Shown here: one piece after another, positions 39,931-53,271 of the stretch
Numbering within the stretch: the first letter of the stretch is position 1
Layout: each line of letters starts with the position of its first letter
Assembly (NCBI GenBank): GCA_964304625.1
Contig: OZ199840.1
Location: forward strand, 7,943,744 to 8,007,743
Source of the DNA: Kudoa neothunni
Lineage: Eukaryota; Animalia; Cnidaria
Length of the DNA: 64,000 nt
Direction: 5' to 3'
Program-made: the position numbers and the translations under genes
Notes under the pieces: model-generated
Databases searched by the model: none
Told to the model about the DNA's origin: nothing
Seen by the model: only the letters and a program-made list of their open reading frames with translations

Positions 39931-40092
39931 GAGAAAATAATTTCATAATATTCAAAAAATGTAATCCACTTAACGATAGCACAAACGCGTCAATAAACAA
40001 TCCACACAGTTTTACAATGGAAAAATTTCAAAAAATCCGTTACAACAGCTACATATTCCAAGACAAAGCATTCTCGTAACTAGAAAAGTTAA

Positions 40093-40491
40093 TTATGCTC
40101 CTCGGAATTGGTACACCTCTTCCTCTTCCCACTAAAATACATCAGTTGTAGGATCAACATTGCGAGAAAGCTTACTTTGAGCTTTGATGACTGCAAGCTT
40201 ACCGGCCCTAGCGGCAGCCTTGCTCTGATTCATTCTCTTGAACATTGGAGCATTTTTCAACATATCCGGCAATATCATAAATCTTATTCTGCTTCCCTCG
40301 TATGAATACTTCCTGAATGGATGTGGTACGCCCATCCCTGCTGGTCATAGTGACAGTTTGTAGTAGACAGTTCATATTGTCTTCAGAGTTGACCATTTTA
40401 ACCCGCGATAAACTTCGCCGTCAGTAGTCTCTATAGTAACAATGTGCCCTTCGGCTTCATGCATAACTTTGACAGGAATACCGAGCGACAT
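40093..40491 (-). CDS. SNRPD3: Small nuclear ribonucleoprotein Sm D3, with apparent frameshifts
   Basis: [30 protein letters not shown] / [35 protein letters not shown] / [19 protein letters not shown]...GKLAVIKAQ|MGRGRG. It is SmD3 but is split across frames. Confidence 0.9.
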
Positions 40492-41664
40492 TTTTCTGTT
40501 GCGTACGCATGCCCACCGCTTGAGGGTGTTTTGTGAGTTGCTCTAAACTTTTTATGGGTAGAAAAATTATTTCATTAAAAAAAACTGATGAATTAGGATA
40601 CTTTAAAAAATGAATTATATCGGGTATAACCCGGAGTTATTTAACACGGGGTGTTCTCCTCACGTGGAGTCCTTAGAAATTTTGAAATATTAATGGATAA
40701 TGCTGGTGATGTAACAGTAGTGACTAGACAAAATATATATGTGTAGTACAGAAGCAATTTTTGTCTTTCTCACTTTAATTCACTTATCCCGGCTACATTT
40801 ATTCATTTTTCAAAGATAATTCCAACAGAAACCTCATCGTAGTAAACTAAATGCTAAAATTTTGCCTAGTCATTTCTCAAATATAATAAGAGAAATTTTA
40901 GCCAACTTAATACTGATATTTCTACTGATTTATTGGACTTTTTCTCTCAATGATCAATATTGTAATTTAACAGTTTCACTTTCAGCCCTACAAAACAGTC
41001 TAATATTGTTTCTATTATTAATCAAAGTTTGAAATTGCTGACAAAATTATTTTTATTATCTATCTCGGAAATGTCGACAATCAATTTCGAAAATTTCGTA
41101 AAAAAACAACATAAAATAATTAAATCATACAAAAATTTAATTGGCATTATTCTCTTACTATATTTTCAATACGATGGAATTTTCCATTATTCATTACTAC
41201 GATAAAAGCGTCACCCCCAATGACAGATTTTATCATAGTAAGGAAGCCTTGGAAGGCATTAGTATTTATTATCGAAAACTAACTTAGCAATGAACAACTC
41301 CCGTTACAAAAACAACTAAATTCATAGTGATGTTTTGTTCCCTGCTATTCCGCTCAATAGGGTTTGCGGCAAATCCTTAAATGTTTGGCCCCAATCGCAG
41401 ATCGTGTACAAATTAAAAGAGTCATAAAACAAATAAGTTTTTAGTACCTTTTTTGAATTTAAAGATCTTCATACCATTCGATCAAATCTTCCCGCTAGGT
41501 TTTGGCTAGGCCAAGATTTCGGATCGGTGGAACACTCCGTACTAATTTGAGTGCGGTATTCTTAATTTTAAGCTATCTCTTAACTATTGTTTCAAAGATG
41601 GTTAGTTATTATTTCTCTACTATAAGAGAAATAGATAACATGTAATTGTCATTGATGAGGTTAA

Positions 41665-43227
41665 CCCTCTCTGTACGGTGTGGGGAAAAAATCGTGCGTG
41701 TTCCAACGTGGTCCGACCGGACCCCATAAAAAACTATCCTAATGATCTTTAAGTTCTTTGTGTCATGCTTTAAAACAATGTTTCAACTGTTTATAAGATA
41801 TTCTGAGTATGAAATGAAAATGAAATTAATTATGAAGTGTTAATAGGCTACAAAACAGAGTCTCACAATGCACCAATATCGGCTATTTAACGTTAGCCTT
41901 CTAATGTCGCGAAAAAAAACTATCGTCGGAGGACTTTTGGGGTAAAATTTACCCCAGATTATTATTTGATAAACTAGTTCCAAAAATTGCCTCCGATCCA
42001 ATTTTCTGGTATTTTCAATTTCTATCGACTAGTTTTTTCAGTAAAACAATATGAAACATAAAAATTAATCCTGTTATATCTTTTACGTAATTATTCGTAT
42101 ACAAAAATTTTGAGTTGAAAAATCATTAAAAAATGCATTTATGCTCTTAGTTAATCCACGAGAAGGACGAAACTAAAATATTTTTAAAGGAAGTCGCACA
42201 AGCTCTCTATCAACCATCTCACGTGGACCGAAATCTACAGAAAGGGAAAATTGTCAAAGCAAGATTACCCCACCTAGGGACCCAAATTAACAGTTTCCGA
42301 ATAGCCGTAAAAAGACGTTGATGTGAATATTGTCTTCGAGGAGCTGATAAAAAAACTCAAATCATGTGTTCATGTTGCAATAAATTCTATTGCTCAGTTC
42401 ATTCATAAAGAAATGTAGGAATTGTTCAAATAATTAGATAATTCAGATCAAATTTTTAAAAATTTATATAAATTTTTTTGCTTAAGGAATATATAGTCTT
42501 CAATTTATCAACTAAAACAATTGACGCGAAGTGTCATTTTTCGTACGATCATTAGTAAAGTATTAACACAGATTAAATGATATATTAATCACCATTTTAC
42601 CAAAGAATGAGTCGATAGAATTCTCAAAACATCACTTCTTTACTTTTAATAATTTTTTTATCATATAATCGTAAAATAAAAACTAGGGATCAATTTGACC
42701 CCAAAAGTCCCTCGAAGATAAATTTTTTTTCCTCCTAATTTTATTATTATATACTGAACAAAAATTTGGGAAAATAGATAAAAAAATAGAGAAATTTTAA
42801 AGGGTACACAAAGAGTAATGTTGGTCTTAATTATACTTTGAGTTCAATTTGACCCCAAAGTCCTCGGAGGGTTAAGGGAGAATTTAATGGTACAACAATT
42901 AAAATCAAACATATTTCATCCGGAAAAAAGTAATTTGGAAATTGAAACCCACTCTAAAAGAGGAAATCGCAAGAAAAATTGATCCGAACGGGTAGAAACC
43001 GCGGCAGGGTTATCGTACACAATCGGAAACAAGTAATCAATAATGAACGGATTAAATTAAATGTGTCGTCGCTATAATGAGTAATTTAATGTGATTTTTA
43101 AATTATAAATAAAAGGTAACGTTAAAATTAACTCTTGAAATTTGATTTATACATCTTTGTTATCAGCCATATTTTGCTATTTGAAAAAAACTAGATATGT
43201 CGCGTTAATTCGGTGATGTAATCTTTA
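41665..43227 (+). mobile_element. piggyBac-family non-autonomous element, copy 1 (3'-truncated, interrupted by a nested element)
   Basis: TTAA|CCCTCTCTGTAC start. Colinear with the intact copy at 57004-58182 over 41665-41896 and 42872-43227. Confidence 0.85.
41897..42871 (+). mobile_element. Second piggyBac-derived element nested at a TTAA site, retaining a transposase C-terminal Cys-rich fragment
   Basis: Flanked by TTAG/TTAA where the 57-kb copy has a single TTAA. Subterminal GAGGACTTTTGGGG / CCCCAAAGTCCTC repeats. Frame KRR*CEYCLRGADKKTQIMCSCCNKFYCSVH at ~42310-42402. Confidence 0.85.
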
Positions 43228-43331
43228 TAAAAATTATTTTTACTTAATTCTCATTAATATTTTCTGAATAATTAATTTCATAAATTACTGGATAAAGTTG
43301 TTTCATAGAAATTATTTTTCTAAAATTTATT

Positions 43332-46300
43332 GGCTGTGTCTATTTTGCCGGACGCGCTTTTTCTCTTAAAATAATAATTCAATCGCTACAATTTTTTCCT
43401 AAAAATATCTTTTATAAATGCAGAATATAAATTTAGTTTCATTAATTCAGTGACGAATTTTAACATAGCTAATTTGTATCCATAATATCCACATGAAAAT
43501 ACAGTAAAGTAAAACTATTTGGCCAATTCGTATTTAAAATTTTTATAATTAGGTAAATTTTTTTATCAGATGATTGATACACCACTAAAATTTAATAAAA
43601 TGTTGAGTATTCTACTTTAAATAATAAATGTTTGAAATTATCTTGTATTGCAACGCCAAATAATTGTGACTGTTTAACTTCCACATAAAATTATATTTGA
43701 ATATAATATATCGATATTGGTGTTGTTATTATTACTACTATCATCATTACCATAATTATAATTTTCTTTTTTTTCTTAAACCAATAACTGTTTGAAATAC
43801 ACCTTTTGGTCTACCTCTCAATTTCACTACTGTTGGCAGCTTAATTCCTATAATTTTATGAATTTAGCAAAATGGACAAAAGATACACACCCTTCAATGA
43901 TGGATTTTTAGTTGTGGTATCATCTACAATATTCGGGATCTCCATATCAATTATTGATGATGGAACATTATCATTAACTGCTTCTAGTATATCCTCATTC
44001 TCTAATCGTGATTCCTCAGTAACTAAACACGAAATAAAAATTCTACTAAAGACAATATCATTAATTACATGTTGGGATTGAAATCTCTTGATTGTTTATG
44101 ATGACAGATTCAGACATTAACTTGAACTAAATTAAGTTGATATATGAATAGTGGAAAAAATAGTCACCTTATCCAGAGAATCCCCATTGGAAATAAGAGA
44201 GATTAATTCACCTAAAATCTTTTTTAATGAATCATATTGACTCCCTGTTTTTTCAGACCCTAGCGAAGCTATTTTCTTACAAAGAATTTCTAGCTCCCTG
44301 TATCGCCTAAAAGCAGAATTCGGAACAGGGCACTGACTCGAAATTTCTGTAATACTTGGTTGCACACAACACGAAGGATTTTGAAGATATAAATTTTTGT
44401 TCATTTGAATAAATGACAGGTAATATTCTTTGTGCCACCTCTTATTACAAATTTTCTCTTCATATAAATTCATGTTCATTATTTTTCTAGCGTAAATAAT
44501 ATGCCTACATGGTGACTCCATACTTACGTAGAAACAACATGTACAACTATTGGGATCAGGATTGGCATAGGATTCGATATGATTATTTATTTCATCTTGC
44601 ATAATATTATACGCATATGAAGTCAACAATGTTTTATATTGTTCGTTAATGTCTGAATTTAATTTCTCAACAGTTTGGGTTGTCCACTCTCTAACTGCTT
44701 TATTCTCACGCTCAGTCCTCATACTTGATAGATAAATAAATAAGCAGATCGCTGAAAAAGACTTCAATTGTTGAGAATTTTTTTATGATTTGTTTAATTT
44801 TGGAATTTATGCATTCTAATCGATTATTTGTTCTATTTAAAAAAGTACCCTTTAGGTTCATGTATGCCGGGCACCATTCATGTTTGATTGGATCCCAAGA
44901 TTTATTATAATAAGTAATGATTTTTTTGTTACATGTATTATTTAACAATTCATGGTAATTTTCATAAATTTTTGGATCATTGGTATAGCAAAGCTTTTGA
45001 ATCAACTCTAAGGCAGTTTTTCTTTCGGCTTTGTTTATTCCCATTCTTAATGTAGAGATTTCTCTCCCAAATGTTCTTAAGACATGGTACAGGCATAAGT
45101 TTGTACTTACGTTAGGAAATATAGATCTTATAGAGTTTCTTTCAATCATGTCTTTATCCGTAATGAAACAAACTGTTTTGGTTGACATTTCCTCGTTATG
45201 TTTAAGTAGAGACTGACATAACCAGGTAACAGCCACGGTACTCTCCTCAGATAAAAGAGCAATAGCTCCTATTTGACTTTGCCCAAATGAATCGATAAAC
45301 AGACATATATACAATGGCATACGATTATTGATTAATTTATAAGTGGCATCCATAAATACTAGTTCGGGAAATTTTTTAATAACGTTTTTCATATAAAGGT
45401 CTTGGAAAAATATTCCAGTCATTTCATTGGAGTTATTGTGCAATATTTCGATAGTTGCATTTGGGTGAGAATTTTTTATTGAATTAAACAATTCCGAAAT
45501 ATCCGACGAAACATTTTTTTTCAATGTTTGGATATAATTATGGATTTGCTTCAACGAAACCTTTTTTTGTGATTGGTTCATGATTTCTACTTGTACTCTT
45601 TTTAAATTTCCATCATAAAAATGAACATTTTTTATAAGATTCTTGCTTTCTTCATCTAATTTTCTATTCATTGGTAAAAAATCCCTAAAATGCTCATTTC
45701 TGTTGCAGCTGTGAGTAAGATCCAATTTTCTAATAACTAACATATTCATGTTTTTAGGAACTCGCAGTGTAATGAAGAAATTGCAACCACTTTTATGGCT
45801 GTTGATTTTTCTCTTCCCAGCACTTTTAGATTGTATCTGAATTCAAATTAATTACATCAATTTTTATATAGATAATTACATTTTTACCACCATGAACACA
45901 ACAAAAAGTGGCTTCATAATAAACAAGATCAGAGTTCATGTCTCTATCAAATTTTTTTAGGGCAGTTGAGATTTTTCTAGAGTCTCGGACCCAGTAACAA
46001 AAGTTGTTCCGCTTTGAGTACTTATCCATGAATTCTTTAGCCTTTTCAAAGTTTGTAAATGCATTTCCGACCATAGGTTCAGATGTAATATCCTGAATTA
46101 GTAGTGTTTGATCAGACTCTCCTTCCATAGTGATTCTACTCGCGACTATCAAAGTTACAACCGCACGCTAGAGGGTATTTTACTCGTTTATGCTGTTATA
46201 ACACATAAAATTAGATTAATTGTATAAATAATACAGATTTATAAAAATTTAATGTCATTTATAATGAAACTTATGAATGAGTTTAAAATATCCTCAATGT

Positions 46301-46443
46301 ATGTTGATACCTAATTATTAATTAAAAGATAAATGAAACTAAATTTATATTCTGCATTTATAAAAGATATTTTTAGGAAAAAATTGTAGCGATTGAATTA
46401 TTATTTTAAGAGAAAAAGCGCGTCCGGCAAAATAGACACTGCC
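43332..46443 (-). mobile_element. Mutator-like element (MULE), near full-length
   Basis: About 110-bp TIRs (GGCTGTGTCTATTTTGCCGGACGCGC... / ...GCGCGTCCGGCAAAATAGACACTGCC), nearly identical. Exact 9-bp TSD AAATTTATT at 43323-43331 and 46444-46452. Confidence 0.95.
43756..46152 (-). pseudogene. MULE transposase (FAR1/WRKY-GCM1-like N-term, DDE core, SWIM finger, AT-hook), one frameshift
   Basis: CVHGG|..SGCNF...HSC, FPELVFMDATYK, FITDKD, LCLYHVLR, RTNNRLECIN, SWIM SCTCCFYVSMESPCRHI, C-terminal KLRGRPKG. A 4-nt TTAT-repeat expansion near 44735 shifts the frame. Confidence 0.88.
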
Positions 46444-47239
46444 AAATTTATTAGTATGTAATGGCAGCTTATGATAATTATTATTTCAATGTTTACTCAT
46501 TTTAACTGGAAATAAAATGAATATATATATATATATATAAGCAGTGTATTTAGGTTTTTTTAGATTATAATAATTATTCATCAATACTTCCATAAGGAAT
46601 TGACTAAAATAACTTCAAAGTAATGTTATCGTCTAAGTTAAATAAGTGGTAAATATCTAAATATAAATTTTAAATATATCTGATGCATTGGGGTCGTGCT
46701 AGATTGTCAGATCTCTCGTTGGGAAATATCGCCATAGTGCAATATGCAATGAACTCTTTGGATTATAAATCCAAAAGAATAGTTAATAACAACAGAAACT
46801 ATATTTTAATTCATAATTTTTCTCCTTCCATATCATTTTTTGAGAATAAATTAATTCAATGGTGCTAAATTAAACATCAATCTCACAAGTATGCCCCATC
46901 ACCGCGCGTATTCCCCAGAGATCTAGGAAAACAGTGTTAACAAGCAACATTCTAATGTAGAATCAAATTCACTTCTATATTATCGCATTAGAGACACATT
47001 TAACGATTTAAAAGTTCCTCATAATAAATGGAATAAAACTTGTAAAAAGAATGATTTTTAGAAATGAATCGATGAACCAGTTCTGATGTTATGAGATATC
47101 GTAACTTCAAATTCAGTGATGATACAAAAAGATGAATAATTTGTAAATTAGCATACATTAAACAAAATTTATTTAACACTTACATAACAAAATATAACAA
47201 CCAAAAAATACAAATATAAAAAAATGGCGTAAAAAGTAT

Positions 47240-48729
47240 TTAATTTTTGTCTGTTGGATTATATTTCATATATGTTGGTTCGGCGCTCTTCCAAGGAGTT
47301 GATTTATCACAGTCGGTAGTTTTCTGATCGTAGATAGTGGCAATAAAATGGTTTCTAAACAACAATTTGAATATTCCATAAGTAACTAACAAGTTAGTTG
47401 TACTTGGGTTTGTTTTGTTTCTTCATAACCAAATAGTTGTTAAGAGCCACTTCATCGTAATCATTGTCTTCCAGTTGTATACCCAGGCCGGACTTATCGT
47501 CCGGGCGTCGAAAGTTGGGTGTGATAGCTGATTTGATTCCAGTGTTGTTCTTGCCTAGTGATTCACCACGTTTCCAACCGTACTTTCTCATTTGAGTGGT
47601 GGCAAATTTGGAGATTTTAAACGAAGAGGGTTGCTCAAGACGGGTTTGAGGAACACCTTTTTTTAGTTGTTGCATTATTTTCAATTTTACCAGCTGTCCT
47701 TCTGAAGTTCTCTCGAGCACTATATCATTTCAAATAAGCTTATATACACTCCAAAAAAAGCCAATGGAATACGTTCATTGGTATTGCTTTTATTTGTAGA
47801 GTATATTTCAGTGTCCACATCCCAATCGTCGGCAGTATCTTCATCAAAATCCATTTTACCTTCCAATTCTTTCCATGTTACGCCATCAGTGTGAAAAACT
47901 AAACCACTTCCTCCTTTCTCCCACACAACTTCCATAGGTTGCTCATAGAGTCTGGGTTTGCTCCGTTGTTGTTCATCCACGTCATCGTGAAGCGCCTCAT
48001 ATCGATCCCACTCTTCAACATCGCGTTCTGTGTCGGGTGATTGGCGCAAAAAATTAAAGTTGGAATTTCGTGAGGAAGAATAATTCGACTCATTATCATT
48101 ATAATTGTTATTTTGTTCAACAATTGCAGACTTCACTTCACCAAACGTCTCCTCATAATCCAAAGACACTTTTCCATAGATATTGGTAGACCTACCCATT
48201 GACAAACTAGAGCAAATGCCCAGCCTTTTCAACACATTTACAGGCATACGACAACTGCTGATATTTTGTTTGAAGAATTCTAACGGCGTTCCCACATTAC
48301 CTTGCGGTAACATTTTAGGGGGGTTAAACTCGATGAAATCTAAACCCATAGTAAAATCTAACTCTCAACTATAGAAATACTTTTTAAAATGTCTATTGTG
48401 TTTGCATCTGTGGATATTATTAAAGACAAAATTGTTTTTTCGGCGTAGTCATATTGATTATTAAAATTAAACCATATTTTACGGTTATATTTTGACATAA
48501 ACTTAGAAAGATACTCATTTTTAACCTGACAAAACGTGCAAAAAAGTTCTATATTTAAATGTGTACGATCTTCAACATTTTCAATCATATTTATCACATT
48601 TTGACTGATTTTTCTGTGTCTAAAATGAAAACAAACGAAGGCTTTACTTTCGATGTATTCGGAAAAGAAATTTCGTAAATCTTTGGAGCGAAAATGTGGA
48701 GGGATATTGCCCACCAACACAAACGCCAT
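47240..48729 (-). CDS. GPATCH3: G patch domain-containing protein 3, multi-exon
   Basis: GNIPPHFRSKDLRNFFS...FVCFHFRHR, NPPKMLPQGNVGTP, EEWDRYEALHDDV, WEKGGSGLVFHTD, FDEDTADDWDVD, G-patch MRKYGWKRGESLG, C-terminal IATIYD. Confidence 0.92.
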
Positions 48730-48832
48730 CTCTGGTATTGTGACGGCGCGCGCACGTTATGGAGACAGAATTAAAGAAAAAACGTTAAATAGACGAAACT
48801 TAGATCAACAATGATAAAAAATCTACACATTA

Positions 48833-51800
48833 TTAAGGAATAGTCATAGTACCATACATATCGTTCCATTTGCGATAAATATGGAGGTCGGCAGGAGAAA
48901 CACTAGATTTGACTAATTGGAGCGCAGATTCAAAATGTTTGAGGGCAATAGGCGGAACATCATTCACATCCAAAGTGCAAATATCAGACATAACAGATCT
49001 TAGAGGTGCTATAGCAGCCTCTTTACATAGATTGGTTACATCTGCTCCAGAGTAACCTAGTGATATTAAATGAGTGAGTATTAAACAGAGTAGATTAACA
49101 GTTGTCGATGTGGTTATGTGCTACAGATACAAATACAAATACCTTCGGTTTTATCGACCACCACCTGAATCTCGTCAGTAGTTATGGAGCAATGTTGGTC
49201 TTGAAGCAGACGGTCGATTATGTGTTTTCTAGCTGGAGCTTCTGGCAGAGGAATGTACAGTTTTTTAACAAGACGTCGTCTAGCAGCTTCGTCGAGTTCT
49301 TGGGGACGATTGGTGGCACCGATCACTAGTATCCTTTCCTCTTCGAAGCAACCACATCCGTCCTATCGCGTTATCGAGAATTTTAGATTACTGTGTGAGT
49401 AGGCGCTTAAATTTACCAATTGAACCAAAAATTCAGTTTTAATTCGACGCGAAGACTCGTGCTCACCATCGCATCTTTGTGTGAGTAGCGAATCAATCTC
49501 GTCAATAAATATGACGGCTGGTTGGTAATGTTTGGCAACAGCGAACAAGGATCTCACCATTTTTTCACCTTCACCAACCTATTTAGATGTGCATTGTGCG
49601 TATTAATACAACTGAGTCTGTATTTTTGAAAATAATTTAAATTTATTGACCCATTTGGAGGTGAGTGACGACGCGCTAATGCTGAAAAAAGTGGCTTTCG
49701 ATTTCGACGCAATACACTTGCCTACTCATAACAAAAATATAATAGATACGGATAAAATTGAATGAATAAATAAATGAATGGACTATCCTCACAAACATTA
49801 ATATATTAGGTAAGAGATTTTTTGTAATTTTACAGAATACATAGTTAAATTAGTTTAATGGTTCAAAAAATTAGAACAATTTATCAGAAAAGCGGTCCGA
49901 AAATTTTAATGTTTCTAATATCATAGTTTCAGTATAAAAGGAGAAATAGGCCGGCCCTAAATTTCTTGGATAATTGGGGTTCCACTGTAATTGGACTGAA
50001 TGATTTCTCCCTAGTGATAACTAAGATACTTAAATTATAAAGTTTAACAAAATTCACATTTAAAATATATTCATCCAAAAAATAATTGTTAACTTGTTTA
50101 TTTTAAGGATACAATAGGTAACCAGTTTTACGTAATTTTCTAAAAACTCCGTATACCTTAAGAATATTGAATGTGAAGTATTTTTGTTTTTATTTTGGAT
50201 AATTTTGTGAATTTTAAGTCAATCAGAATTGAAATAAGATAGAAAATAGCCCAAATAAAAATCACGTGATTTACAAGTTTTACGTAGTTTCATTTGGGGC
50301 GGGTATTGTTTATTGATTGGTGTTTTTATTCTCAAAGGCTATCCAAATTTTGTCGAACCTCGATTATCCGGAAATCACGCTATCTCCAGGAGATGTGTTA
50401 AATTTTATTTGGATTTTATTGAAATTATGTGTCGATAAATGTTCGATTATTCGGAAACCAGAACAAGTATTAAATCATAATTCCGGATAAAAGTACCATA
50501 CATCACCATAAGATTTATACAGTGTAGCATATATACCAATGCATTATTTAAAACAAACATTTCTAGGTTAATTGTTTATAATTTTTTCTTTTAAAAATTA
50601 AGACAAGCATTAAGTTCTTATATAAATTTTTATTACATCTGAACACATGCCTGTATGTATATTAAACATACATTAATTACCGATTATTTAAAAAAGTAGA
50701 TTGCTCCTCTGTAGACGTGTAAAAACTGTCATAATTATGTACTGTTTTTCCTTAAAATAGCCATATTCTTAGTTAGTAGTAGATACGCAAATATTTTTAT
50801 TTAAAGTTTCAGGAATTAAATTATTTTATTTAACAAAAAGTAAAAATCGTTTATAAATCAAATAAAAAAATTCTTTAATTGGAAATTTCAAACAAATATG
50901 CGCGCACGTGACAGTTAATGTTCGATTAACCGGCCACCTTGCTATATGGTAAAAAATCGTTGGTCCCAAATTTTCCCAATAATCGATATTCAATTATATA
51001 TTTTTCATGCGCACACAACTGTTTCGATATTTTTCAGATAATATGTATTGAGTATCTATTTGCCTATTTATTAAAAATTACACAATAATCATTGTTATTA
51101 TTGTAATACAATATTGAATTGAAATAGAATTTGATGATGTGAAAACAAAAGTTTCGATAAACGATGTTAGATAGACAGTAAGTATATTGAGAAAAGCATT
51201 TATTCAAGATGCTGTATGTTTAATCGTATTTCTCACATCAATAATGGATCAAATATTTAAATTATCATCTAAAAACGACACCAATTGAAAATTATTTCAT
51301 TTGTTTATAAAAATCGACATTTTTTTTCTTAATGACTTGAAATAATTTTCTTATACATAAGATAATTAATTAACATCGACTAGAACTGAGACAAACGTGT
51401 GAACACGATAAATAAAGTTATTTTTTGTACGCGCATATTTCGATATTACGTAATTTTTTGGTGGTCCCAAAAATTACGCCAGTTTCAATCTCGACTGTAT
51501 TATCGAATTTTAATTGGCATTAATATTAGTTTAATCGATAAATAAGCATATCTATACAACATGATGAGAAATAAGAATTTAACTTCGTTCGTGAGAATAG
51601 TAAATTAACGGAAAAATTTACCAATAAGAGTTTTTCCAGTTCCAGGCGGTCCGAAGAGAAGTACACCTTTGGGTGGGCCTCTTAATCCTTTAAATATATC
51701 GCTAAACGGCATTATTATTGCCATATTCCACATTGTTTTTTAAAAAATTGAAATTAATTTGAGCTGCAATTTAATCTTTAAATTAACATGTTGGCATGTT

Positions 51801-53271
51801 AATATGCGAGTTAGCGGCGGAAATTTTTTCAGTTTCAACAATCACTTATTGAGATTTATAGGACGTATGGTAAGCCCATTGCTTAGAATACGCTCTTTAA
51901 CTATTGTTAACTTGGATAAAGCAAAATTAAATGTGGTTGGATAAAAATACGCCTTTAATTATTGATTGATTGATTGATTGATTGATTACGGTCTTAGCAT
52001 GGGCCAAATGATAATTTCTTTGATGGTATTTTTGGCAAATTCCAATCCAGCAACATCATCCCAATCGACAGGTGCGCTTTTGTCCAATATCTTGAAAAGA
52101 ATTTAGTTATTAATGCCAAAAACTAACTGATAACTTCATTAAGTATAAGCTCCACCATTTTTGGCTCGATTCCCTTAATTTCAGGAAGGTCATTTAATGG
52201 CGCCTGTACAGCATCTCTAGACAGAATATAACTGTCATCTAAGTCATTACAAAAACTTTTGAATGCTTAGAGAAGGTTTGAATCCTGTGGTAGTTGTCTT
52301 TGAGGACATTTGTGCAGTGGGTCCAGTGCTCGCAGGTTTTGAGAGGCCGAGATTCCTTAATTACTCAATATGGCACAAACATTGACTGGAATAAAAACCT
52401 TCGTGCACTCCCAGAGCTATATGATGACGAAACAGCTGAAGTTGAAATTTTATTTCCAACATTCTGTTCCGTCGAAGGATCCCACTAAACCACCCTTAAA
52501 ATTGCCAGTTTATCTAAGTAACTCACAGTTTTACCAGATGCTGTTTTGAATTCGGTTTTAGGTATCTTTGAGTAAATCATCCGGGAAAATTAAAAAAATT
52601 TAACCACCTGTTCATCTTTGTGTTCCATTTTATTTTCTGCAATTATATTAGTCATAACTCAAGAAACACTACAATAACCAATTATATTAATGGGCCTTTT
52701 TTTTGGATGGTCGTCTTGGCGTATATTCTTCACAGGCGGAGCTGTTTTTGTTTTTGATGGGATGTTAAAAATTTTCGCGAGACAATCCTGAAACACACTA
52801 TTGTTACTATCAAATGATAGCATTCTTTTTGCTATCAATAAAATGAACAGAATTTAATTATTTCCAGTCATTAATTTCTTGTAAATTACTTGATGTTTCT
52901 ATAGGAACTAAAATACGTTCAAAGTAATTTAAAAAACTAACATTACTTTTCTCATGTATAGAATGATCCCACTGACCCATTTCAATAGTGGCAATCACAT
53001 CATCTCTTAATAGAAAATAAATAATTAAAATAATTATTCCGTTTTTTCACTTATAAAGGGTAAAATCGAAAAATAAATGTTAATATTTTTGTTTCATTTT
53101 TATTAATTTATGAATCACAAAGTTATGTTAAAATTACGGATAATTTGCGCTTGAATTTTCGCCGGTTGCCTCCGAGCATAATGCAGTTAATGCGACTTTA
53201 TTACAAGGAATATTGATGTTGTCATCGAACAACATTCGAAATGTGTTAAGAAGATCCTTTTTATTTTCCAT
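48833..53271 (-). CDS. FIGNL1: Fidgetin-like 1 AAA ATPase, multi-exon with a ~1.9-kb TE-containing intron
   Basis: [66 protein letters not shown]|[49 protein letters not shown]. The start at 53271 (MENKKDLL) is tentative. Confidence 0.9.
51961..51987. repeat. (ATTG)n microsatellite in a FIGNL1 intron
   Basis: attgattgattgattgattgattgatt. Confidence 0.9.
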
